This document shows positions 40,450 to 51,791 of a DNA stretch of 64,000 nucleotides, piece by piece; position 1 is the first letter of the stretch, and each line of letters begins with the position of its first letter. Both the position numbers and the translations under genes were made by a program. This DNA comes from Octopus sinensis. Its lineage: Eukaryota. The stretch spans positions 36,704,001 through 36,768,000 of the forward strand of contig NC_043005.1 of NCBI RefSeq assembly GCF_006345805.1, in the 5' to 3' direction. The notes below the pieces were generated by a model, which was not told the DNA's origin, did not search any database, and saw nothing but the letters and a program-made list of their open reading frames with translations.

Positions 40450-40670
40450 AGACGGCGAGCCGGCAAATACTTTAGCACACTGGACGAAATGCTTAGTAGT
40501 ATTTCGTCCGTTGCTACGTTCTGAGTTCAAATTCCGCCGAGGTCGACTTTGCTTCTCAGCTCTAGGGATCGATAAATTAAGTACCAGTGAAACACTGGGG
40601 TAGATGTAATCGACTAGTTCCTCCTCCCCTCCAAGTTTGAGGCTTTGTGCTTTTAGTAGAAAGGATTATT
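40450..40670 (+). mobile_element. SINE family B, near full length
   Basis: GACGGCGAGCCGGCA..AAATGCTTAGTAGTATTTCGTCC..GAGTTCAAATTCCGCCGAGGTCGACTTTGC..GATAAATTAAGTACCAG..GTAGAAAGGATTATT. Confidence 0.9.
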
Positions 40671-40749
40671 TTTCTTAGCCCATATCATATCTCATTGTAT
40701 TGGTCATTTTCTGTTATCCTCTTTTGATTCTAATCGGAAAATTATTTTA

Positions 40750-41060
40750 CATTATTAATTTTTCGAGGTCACGCTGAAAAGTAAAGTTAGGGAGAAAAAG
40801 GTTTGCTCTTCCCAGGTGAAGTTGTCAAAATGCGGGTCGCTATTGCAAAAATGGTTTGGGTGAATGGAAACATGTGCCTATAGATTATAGAGCAACAGTT
40901 GGGCAAAGGTTTATGTCCATGGTGGATCTGTAATGCTCCCAAGATCGGCTGTTGCTAGAGACCGTCATGTTTTCATATATTTCATATACTGTGTGTAGAT
41001 CTTATCTCTCCTTCCACCTTCTTCCCCTTATCTTGTATGTAACCCCACCACCACAAATTA
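40750..41060 (+). mobile_element. Second Tx1-like LINE 3' relic
   Basis: Reads INF..LKSKVRE..LLFPGEVVKMRVAIAKMVWVNG. GAAAAGTAAAGTTAGGG, AAAATGGTTTGGGTGAATG and CATGTGCC align to the reverse complement of about 31785-31915. Confidence 0.5.
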
Positions 41061-41113
41061 TAAGCAGTTTTAATGTTCACCGCATTTAATGTCCTTTTGG
41101 CAACTGAAAGAAG

Positions 41114-41156
<43 letters not shown>

Positions 41157-41165
41157 TATTATTAT

Positions 41166-41917
41166 ATGCTCGGCTTTTGCTTTGTATTTGTACAAGTTGA
41201 CTCCAAGTCTCATCCAGAGACCTCAGGAGACAAGTTAGAAGCTGAACTCGGTGTTATGACGAGGGTGCCATATATTTAGTTTTGCGCAGAGTATTGTTCT
41301 AAAGAATGTCTGTCAAAGCATAAGAAAATCAGTAGTCTGTTTTAAAAGTAATTTGGTGGTGAGATTATAGCGAGAGCTGAAGATGACAGCAAAAGGTATT
41401 ATCTATTATGTACAACATTTAAAATGTACTTTTGACAATGTTTACAGATTAAGATGTTTTTTTTGGGGGGGGGGGAATAACATAGACTAAAGTTTTCGTT
41501 GGATATGAGCGGTTCCCATGCGTACTAATTTTAAACATTTCTTCCATTTTGGGGAATTTCCTTGTATTTGAGCAACCAGACCCATTTGCTATCATTCCTA
41601 GGGCACCTATGACAATAGGTGTTGACATATTTTTCAATATAAATACTGCCCTTCCCTACCGTGGCGATTTTTGTATTCGTTTGGCGTCAGCACAACACAT
41701 TCCGAGACGAGATGATCTATTGTTTCAACAAATTTATCGCAGAACCTGCATTTAGGGTCAGAACCGTTTTGAAGGACGTTAGCCTGGTAGTTTTTGATAA
41801 GCAAGATTTGACCTTGTGCCGCTAATATGAAACCTTCAGTCTCTGCTTTCAGCCCTGAGCTTCTCAGCCACTGATAGATTGTTGCTTGGTCTACATCAAC
41901 ATTTCGGCTTCGGAGTA
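41166..41917 (-). mobile_element. R4/Dong-like RLE non-LTR retrotransposon, 5'-truncated, inside a (TAA)n array
   Basis: Reads WLRSSGLKAETEGFILAAQGQ, the CCHC knuckle CRFCDKFVETIDHLVSEC (41697-41750), YKNRH and PIVIGALG. (TAT)n lies on both sides (41115-41165, 41918-42014). Confidence 0.9.
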
Positions 41918-41977
<60 letters not shown>

Positions 41978-42251
41978 CATTATCATCATCATCATCATCA
42001 TCATCATTATTATTGCCGACTCACGTGATATGTTATATGTAAATAATAAGTCTCTTTCGTTAGTTAATGAGGCATGTATATAATTTGAGTCAAGCCATCT
42101 TTTATTTATTCATTTTTCGTCCCACCAAATCGAATTGCTCTCGTCACACACAGAATATTACGGGTAACTATAGACGGATTCAGCAGAATAGAATAATAAT
42201 GAACACTTGTATTATGTGAGGTATTCTCCCAGGCATGTCTAATAACTTGTA

Positions 42252-42291
<40 letters not shown>

Positions 42292-42329
42292 TATGGTTGC
42301 GTGTGTGTGTTAGGCAATGAGCAAAAACA

Positions 42330-42690
42330 AAGATATGAGGACAAGTTTGAACAAATGTATTAGCATAGCACTTCAAAGAGAAAGAGCCTCGACTTTTCGG
42401 ACGATAGACCTTCCTCGGGAAAAAATAAAGTATGGGAGAAACATGAAGGAGGAAAGTTGGTGGGGGAGGACGAAAGAAAGAAAAAGGCTAAGACCATACC
42501 GGGAATGCAGTTCTATGGGGAGAGTGAGGAAGGAAGGAGAAGCCGAGGTTGGGTGTACATCTGTAGGAGGATATCTGTGTATAAAGATGATCATATGGGG
42601 AGTTGTATGTGTGGTGGTATGGAGTGCATGGCATTTCTTGAAGTGTGTGTAGGTGTGATCGTATTGTGAGGGGAAAGTGTGCGGTGATAA
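42330..42690 (-). mobile_element. Probable Penelope-like 3' end/pseudo-LTR with a degenerate hammerhead (42391-42418)
   Basis: The minus strand reads CCGAGGA-A-GGTC-tatc-GTCC-GAAA-AGTC, preceded by a CA/CT-rich stretch like 17200-17600. Confidence 0.55.
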
Positions 42691-43706
42691 AACACATTAT
42701 AAGGAAAATACTTCAGAAGAATGTACAAAATAGTAAAAGAATAAATATATAAATGACAAAGGAGTGGGAAATATAGAAAAATGTATTTTAAAATATGGTA
42801 GTGAAATAGGGAAATGAAATGATAATACTAGTGAAAAAACAGGTTATTTTCCGAAGAAAGTAATCGTATAAGAGAATGTCGTCGAAGTGGGTAATGCTGC
42901 ATATGTGTATAATATGTGTAAGTTTGTCTTACAAATAAACTAATCAGTACTCAACGCCAACCACAGATTAATACATCATACTTTTATTATGATTGACTAA
43001 TATCATTTTATTGTTTTCGTGCTGGTTACCATTTTTAACTACTGTGAAAACATTTTTATACATTAACAGATTTCCTTTCCTCGTTTAACGTCCCAGAAAT
43101 ACGTGAGGTTATATACAGGCAAACGTTCGTCTACATTCACTAGGTCATTTGGGTTTCACTTCCTGCTTCAGTTCATAAGGAAATACTCCTATATTATTCG
43201 TAGCATTGGATTTTAAAATGCATTTTCTTTAAGTAAGCAAAATTAGTTTACGATGTTCATATGTGGTATTTCTCAGTAATGCCTTATGTGCGGTTGCTTC
43301 AACCAGGTTATCTGGTAGTGAGTTTGACTGTTGACTGTTGAACATTAGGAAGATTTATGTCTAAGAGTTCATAGTTTCCATTATGCTTCCACACAACACA
43401 AAATATATATACATGCAAACACACACACTCACACACATTTATATGTATATATAAATGAGAATTTTATGCTAATGTCTACTTATTCTGTGATGTACTAAAA
43501 CTTCAATGCAATAGATATTTTCTGTAGAATACATACATACGTTTACATGCTAATACCCACAGACACGCGCACACACACACACATACACACACACACACAT
43601 ATGTATGCATACATACATATAAATAAAAATGCATACCAATACAAACACATATGAATATATAAGGAGAACACGTACGTATACAAACAATACACCACGTGTT
43701 TTTTCC

Positions 43707-43744
<38 letters not shown>

Positions 43745-44062
43745 CTGTGTGTGTGTGTGTGTGTGGCAAAGGAATAAATGAGATACTTACTCATACCCAT
43801 GGAAGCAGCAAACGCTAAGTCATATATATATATATATATATATATAGATATAGATATACCTACATACACACACATAAATATTGGTATCTATATATGCGTA
43901 TAAATTTCTGGGTGTTATTTAAACAGAGTGATTATTGAAACTCTGAAAAGAGCGCCATAATCAATTTCGCTATTACTTATTCATCCGTTTGCATATTTTT
44001 GCCTTAGCTGCATGAGTTTTCTATAGTTGTGCTGGGGTTAGTTTTTTTACTACTACTACTAC

Positions 44063-44095
<33 letters not shown>

Positions 44096-44195
44096 CAGGA
44101 GGGGGAGGAGCAGTAGTAGTAACTGGGATTGTGAGAATATGAAGTGTATACTAATATTGATGATAATGTTCTTTCTGTGATTCTTGCTTTTTCAT

Positions 44196-44244
<49 letters not shown>

Positions 44245-45250
44245 TACACACACACGCATACATCCTCTTCCACTCTCAATACCTCCCTCTCATCCCCCCC
44301 ATTTCTCTCGTTCTGTTTCTAGCCTGGTCTTGGAATTAGTAGTACCTGGTGATGGTTGAAGGACTGATACGAGTCAATGATTATGTCTTGGCATATATGA
44401 CCACCATCTCTCATCTCATTTCTCTCTCTCTCTCTCTTTCCCTTTCTCCCACCCTTTCTGAACCATTCCTTTCGATTATTTCTCCTTCTTCCACCACATT
44501 CTCACCGAATTTTTGCCTCGATAAATGTTTTTTCGTCAAATTGACAAACTCTTTTTTTATTCTTCATATGCAAACCTCACCACTCTGTATATTACCGTTA
44601 CTCTCTCACTCTTTCTCCCTTCTCTCTGTTGCTTCTCTTTCCTTTTCCCTCTTTCTCTTTCTTCCCTCTCTTTCACGCATTTCTCCTGCGTTCTTTCTCG
44701 CATTTTATTCCTTTTCCATTCTTTCTCTTTCTTTCTTCCCATCTCCCTTTCTAATCCTCATCTCTCCCCTCTCTTTCTTTCTACCTCCTCACCTCTCTTC
44801 TCTCTCTTTCTCTCTCCTCCTCTCTTCTTTTCTCTCTTTCTCTGTTGCATTTCTATCGCTAATTCTCCTATTTTCCCCCATTTTCTGCGTTTATAGATTT
44901 TCATTTTTGGCAATAATAGACTGCTTTTGGCCGCGGTCATTCTTTTTTGAAGTACCTAATAAACTGCATGCAAGCAGATCACACGGAACAAAACGACAAA
45001 GTTTGCTAAGCTACGGTCAGGAGTGAATTTGGCAATGTGATTTCAAAGTTAGCTCCTCTTCCCTTTCTTTTCCCATCATTTTTCCTTCTGTTTTTGTCAC
45101 GTACCTCCTATTCTATACGGTTCTGATTAGAGCAGAGAAATACAATGCATCGATTGGTATAAACCAATTGAAAAAAAAAATACAACTACAGCTGTTATTG
45201 GCCCGGCTTCTCTTCCTTTCCATTTCATCTACTACTACTACTACTACTAC

Positions 45251-45295
<45 letters not shown>

Positions 45296-45346
45296 CAACA
45301 ATAACACTGCTACTATTATTACTATTACTACTACTACTACTACTAC

Positions 45347-45378
<32 letters not shown>

Positions 45379-45379
45379 T

Positions 45380-45433
<54 letters not shown>

Positions 45434-45489
45434 GGCTACTACTACTACTACGACTACTACTACTACGACTACTACTACTACTACTATTT

Positions 45490-45903
45490 TCTAATTTTGG
45501 CAGAAGGCCAGCGATTTTAGAACGGTTAGTCGAATATATCGAGCACAGGGCTCAACTGGTACTTTATTTTTACCGACGCTGAAAGTATGAAAAGTACTGT
45601 TGACTTCGGCGGTAATTAAATTTAGAAAATAAAGAGATGGAAGCAATACCGCATCGTATTTTGTCCTACGCTCTAACGTAGTAGGTCTCAATCAGGGACC
45701 ATATCACCCTTGGGGATCCATATAAGGTCTTGTTGTTAGAGTCTACGTTCAATAAATTGCTTATGCTTCTACAATACATACAGAATTTTAACAATTTTTT
45801 CTATACACTTCTTAATAATATTCTATTATAAAAATACAATAGGATTTTTTTAAACATAGGCAAAAACATGGTTGAGAACCATTGCTCTAACGATTCTTCC
45901 AGC
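45490..45903 (-). mobile_element. SINE family B interrupted by a hAT MITE (duplicated at 46129-46542)
   Basis: CTCAACTGGTACTTTATTTTTACCGAC..TTGACTTCGGCGG; the head resumes as ATTCTTCCAGCT after the MITE. Confidence 0.8.
45679..45884. mobile_element. hAT (Charlie-like) MITE; second copy at 46318-46523
   Basis: TIRs TAGTAGGTCTCAATC / GGTTGAGAACCATTG, with a perfect 8-bp TSD CTCTAACG at 45671-45678 and 45885-45892. Confidence 0.88.
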
Positions 45904-45943
<40 letters not shown>

Positions 45944-46018
45944 CAACAATAACACTGCTACTATTATTACTATTACTACTACTACTACTACTACTACTAA
46001 TAATAATAATAATAATGT

Positions 46019-46069
<51 letters not shown>

Positions 46070-47014
46070 GGCTACTACTACTACTACGACTACTACTACT
46101 ACGACTACTACTACTACTACTACTATTTTCTAATTTTGGCAGAAGGCCAGCGATTTTAGAACGGTTAGTCGAATATATCGAGCACAGGGCTCAACTGGTA
46201 CTTTATTTTTACCGACGCTGAAAGTATGAAAAGTACTGTTGACTTCGGCGGTAATTAAATTTAGAAAATAAAGAGATGGAAGCAATACCGCATCGTATTT
46301 TGTCCTACGCTCTAACGTAGTAGGTCTCAATCAGGGACCATATCACCCTTGGGGATCCATATAAGGTCTTGTTGTTAGAGTCTACGTTCAATAAATTGCT
46401 TCTGCTTCTACAATACATACAGAATTTTAACAATTTTTTCTATACACTTCTTAATAATATTCTATTATAAAAATACAATAGGATTTTTTTAAACATAGGC
46501 AAAAACATGGTTGAGAACCATTGCTCTAACGATTCTTCCAGCTTAATAATAATAATAATAATAATAAATGCCCTGACGCAGTACCAGGCAGTGGCTCTCG
46601 TGGCTTCTGATCTTAACTGATTGGAAGTGTTATCATGTACATTGTTTTGTCTAGGTATAAATGATGGGCTACAGCAAATATTCTGCTCATTACCATAGAT
46701 TTGCTTGTCACACCCTAACTAGTTGAACATGTCCCTTAGTGGCTGACGATATGTGCTTCTCTGATCACATGCAGAAGTAGTAGGGGAGCATCATAGCCAT
46801 TTGTTGAAAGGAATTCTTGGAGGTTTGGATAATTCACCTTTGGAAACATGGGTAGTTCGTTCGACATCCTTTAACAATTCTTATTCAGGGACCTTTTGAG
46901 CAGGCTAAAGTTCGAACATCTGACTCAACAAAGCTTATGCTGATGTATTAGAATTTTATCGCAAATATCAGTGGATGGCTGCTGGCAGGTCCGGATGTTG
47001 TGTAGGGAGGGGAC

Positions 47015-47178
47015 GACAACCGGTGTTGGTTTGTTTACATCATCGTAATTTTAACGTTTCAGCAAAAGAGTATGATACAATAAGTACCAGACTTTAAAAA
47101 GACGCCACTTCTGGAGACGATTTCATCGACAAAAACCTTTCAAGGATGTGCAGGCCAATGACTGCAGCGAGTAAAAAA
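47015..47178 (+). mobile_element. SINE family A 3' half, diverged
   Basis: GACAACCGGTGTTGGTTTGTTTAC..ATAAGTACCAG..CCAATGACTG..GAGTAAAA. Confidence 0.7.
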
Positions 47179-47883
47179 AAAAATGAAGTGCAATAAAATA
47201 AAAGCCGCCAAGAGATACGTCATAATTCTATGACCACAGAAAAATATAATAAATAATAGTGAATTTGCTGTTAATAAAATTCAACATTTGGCGAGATAAA
47301 ATAGTTATTTGTGGCGTAGCATTAATTTACGCTGAAGCCTTCCTCTAACGGCTTCAAATGAGTGGATTCAATATTCTGTATGGATTCAATATGCTGTATG
47401 ACGGTATGCTGAGCTGACAGAGATGGTAGAATAATGAAGCTTATTTTATGTTGCATCATGTAGTTTGTTAACTACTGAAAGAAACTTCATTTTCCTGATG
47501 CTTAAAACGTCTTTCCTAAGATAACTATATATATTATAAGATTAGACGTTAGAATTAATTTTTAAAAAGAGATCACTGTACGAGCTTTATTTCGTAATCT
47601 ACGTTAATTACAGACAATAAATTACAAACAGCAGCACTCTCTCTCTCTCTATCTATCTATTCATGGAGGAAATATTCATGGAAATTTTAATCTGGTATCA
47701 TTTGTTTTAATTTTTAGTCAAACATAAATATCTTTCCAGAACAAGATGAGGACACAATAGACGTTATACTGACACATAATAAATACAACGTTGCATCAGA
47801 ATATTCAAATACCTTGTGTATGGATTTAAACTTTCAATTCATACACAGTGTTGCTAACTGGTACGAACTACACCTCTATGTAA

Positions 47884-48100
47884 TAATGGTTTCAAATTTT
47901 GCCACAACGGCAGAAATTTTAGGGGAGGGGATGAGTCGATTTCATCGACATCAGTGTTCAACTGGTACTTATTTTATCGACTTCGAATGGATGAAAGGCA
48001 AAATCGACCCCGGCGGAATTTGAACTCAGAACATAGCGACGGGCGAAATACCACTAAGCATCTCTTCCAGCGCGCTAATGATTCTATCAGCTCACCGCCA
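47884..48100 (-). mobile_element. SINE family B, full length
   Basis: AACTGGTACTTATTTTATCGAC..GGATGAAAGGCAAAATCGACCCCGGCGGAATTTGAACTCAG..CAGCTCACCGCC. Confidence 0.9.
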
Positions 48101-48323
48101 TACACCTTCATGTAATAATGTAAGTATTGTAAATATATGGGCTTAGTTATAGCTGTGCAGTTAAAACGTTCGAGTCGCGATTGTGTTATTTTGCACTCAA
48201 TCCCAACAATGGGCAACTTGGGATAGTGTCTTCTACTATGACTTCTGTTTCTCGTCATGGTTAACAGAAGTACATCGTCAATGTTTACATATACATAAGT
48301 ATTTGTATATGTGCGTGTGCATG

Positions 48324-48364
<41 letters not shown>

Positions 48365-49550
48365 CTGCATTATATAGCTTTAGGAACGAAAGTACTCAAT
48401 AAACGTAACAGAATTACGCATCATTGTATGTTGTGTGTATAAATCTCATTCCAGGAAACTCAAAATGAATATGGATATAAATCTCTTCTCTGCCTAGTAA
48501 TTAATAGACTTTCAAGGATAAGAATCATTTTGCTTTGATCTTTCTCAGAAACATACATTTTCTGGTTTTTATGTAAATCTGTTGTTACATATTGCATAAT
48601 TCATTGCACCTTCAATAAAACGAAAATCATTAGAACCGATGTAAGAGCTGTAAGTTATTCACAAGTTCACCTAAGATCTGCTCTTTGTACGCAGTTTTAG
48701 ACGAGACATTCATATCAGCTGAACCACCGAGTTTTCCAACAGTGCGTGTCTTCGTTCTCTGTTCCACACAGTCTGTTGTGTTTGGACAAAAAAGTTAATT
48801 TTATTAAAATGTTCTGCAAGTGTTCTTTATTGAGTCAACAAGTGGAGGTTTGCATATTTACTTACCATGATGGTTAAGTTGCTGATCTCTTCACATTTAC
48901 AGCTTAGTATCTTAAACGTTGGTACTAGCATTGGCACTGCAAAAAACTTTATAGGATATGGTCTAACTGGATGCAGATAGTCCTTGATTTTGCCATGTTT
49001 TGAAGTCTGCTGAAGTATGTCACTTTAACATTATTCACAGCAGCAACGTATATAAAGTTCTCGTCAATTTCGAGACAACTATACTGTTCCCTTTTAGAAA
49101 TAGGAGGATATAGACACACCTTTGATATCCATATTCCGTATATATGTATATTTGTATATATGCATACATGTGTAGATACTTATATTACATAAGTACGTAT
49201 GAATGGATGGATTCCTATACGCCCATTGCATTAGCCTTCTTAGTCAATATCTCTCAGTGAAGACGTTGGTCACTGCTGTTATCTATGAGGTCAAAGCCGT
49301 TATAAAATGAAGAATTCGAGGTGAACACTCGCCGCCATATTGATCTCTGTTGCTGCCCTATTGTGAACACAGTGAGGTTGGTAGACATGGAACAGTGAAT
49401 ATTATTAAGACTGATAAGTATTGATCGACTGTCGCATTCTTTATAGAGTGTTTTTTAGCCGGCTATGTCAGGCTTTGTGCTGTGCGTGTGTGTGAATACG
49501 TTTATACGTACTAATATGTGCTGAAATGAATACACTTTGCACGTATATAC

Positions 49551-49581
<31 letters not shown>

Positions 49582-49991
49582 TGTATGTATGTATGTATGT
49601 ATGTATGTATGTATGTATGTATGCATGCATGTATGAGTGTGTGTCTGTATGTATGAGCATGTATAAATACATACATATACAAGCATACACACACATACAA
49701 GCATACACACATTAATATGTGTATATTTAACTTGTGCATATGTGTGTGTGCGTTTATGTACTGCTATGTATATATGTATGCATGTATATATATGTATACA
49801 CTTCTCATATGTATATATATATATACATATACGTGTATATATATGCATATATGTATACATATATATATCTATATATATATATATATATATCTATATATTT
49901 ATATCTGAGGATAATATCGATATTTAAGTGTCGAAATTATCAAGTGGCCAGCATGAAAGAAATACCTTACAAAGGTAAAAAAATTTTTAAC

Positions 49992-50146
49992 AATTAAAAA
50001 TGAGGGTGTCTAAAAGACACCAACATGCCGAAATAGCAGTCGAAACTCTGACTATAAAACCACGTTCATTTAACGTGGTTTTATAGTCAGAGTTTCGACT
50101 GCTATTTCGGCATGTTGGTGTCTTTTAGACACCCTCATTTTTAATT
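49992..50146. repeat. Perfect inverted repeat, 75-bp arms, 5-nt spacer
   Basis: 49992-50066 is the exact reverse complement of 50072-50146; the spacer is CATTT. Confidence 0.95.
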
Positions 50147-50179
50147 ATATATCTATATATGTATATATATGTATATATG

Positions 50180-50262
<83 letters not shown>

Positions 50263-50319
50263 GTGTATATGTATATATGTGTATATGTATATATATGTGT
50301 GTATATATATATATGTATA

Positions 50320-50364
<45 letters not shown>

Positions 50365-51224
50365 GAGAGTTAATGATGTTTGTGAATAGAATATTTTGTG
50401 TGATTACAGGAGATACAGTATTTTTTACGCATGTATATGTGACCTTATGTGTATATTTACCTCATCTTTTATAAACAAAAACACCAAACGGTATTTTTTA
50501 ATATGATATTGAACATCCTGGCAGCAGCGTGCGGTTCTGTCTATGATTGTGTATTTACATGTGTAAGGAGTAGAGAAAAGACGGTGCAAATGTAGGTGCT
50601 TCTGTTCACCTAGCGGTGAGTATTGATGTGTTTGAGTTTTTTTTTTTTAACGTTAAGTTTCACCTATGGATAGATGTGCGTGTGTAGATATGAACGTATG
50701 TGAACATACGTTTGCGTGCGCATGCGCGTAATTGTGGTGAATGGGTTCCTTATAAATTAATTCTAGTATTACCATTAATTTCCTGGATGGTTCCCAATCG
50801 CTTTCAGCAAAATGAAGACATTTTTGCATGGTCCTTAAATAGATCTTCGTTAGTTGTTAAAACAAATTAGATAGCCGCTTAAGGGACAAGAAATGAATTA
50901 GAACTGAAGAGTTACAAAGTGTACCGGAAACAAAAAAATCCTCTGGGACTCAATAAATAAGCTAAACTACTTCACTTCTTTATTTTATATTTTTCTTCTT
51001 TTATTGAAGGCGGTTATGCGTCAGTCACATCAATAAAGAAACCCTTACCTTTTACAGGCAACATCGCAATAGTTAATGATTATTTTTTGTTATTATGCCA
51101 ATCTATCTAAGACGTCTCTTATACATACAAACATGCATACATACATACACACATAAATAAATAAATATATATATATATATATGTATATATAATACATTCA
51201 CGCATACACTCACGTACCCTGTAC

Positions 51225-51286
<62 letters not shown>

Positions 51287-51649
51287 TATATATACATAAT
51301 AGATACATATATAATACATACGCATTTTCATATACTTTTAGATATAATATATACGCACATATGCACTACTATGTACTATATACCTTCAAACATACAGGCG
51401 CACTTACAAACACATTGATATGTATGTGCACATACATACACACATATATACTGTCTGCAAAATGATGTTCGTTCTTCTATCTTGTTTACTTGTCTAATAA
51501 AAATCCTGTCATGTTATCTGTCAGCCTGTTTGTCTATGTACTGCTTATGTGCGTGTGTGTGTGTGTGAGCGTGCATGAGTGGCATTTCTGTGCGTGTGTG
51601 TGTATATGTGTATATGTCTGTATGCATGTGTATTTTCTCTCTCCTTCTC

Positions 51650-51791
<142 letters not shown>

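Larger units (their letters stand above)
45291..46545. repeat. Tandem duplication, period 639 bp in the non-microsatellite part
   Basis: 45491-45906 matches 46130-46545 with one visible substitution (TTATGC vs TTCTGC). The ORF track shows identical translations at offset 639. Confidence 0.95.

Noticed and set aside
46566-46910. Probable interspersed repeat next to (TAA)n
   Set aside because: It looks familiar as a retroelement 3' UTR, but there is no second copy or coding motif in this window to support a call.
49904-49941. CTGAGGA...GAAA as another hammerhead
   Set aside because: The spacing and pairing give a simple hairpin (GATAAT/ATTATC), not a hammerhead fold.
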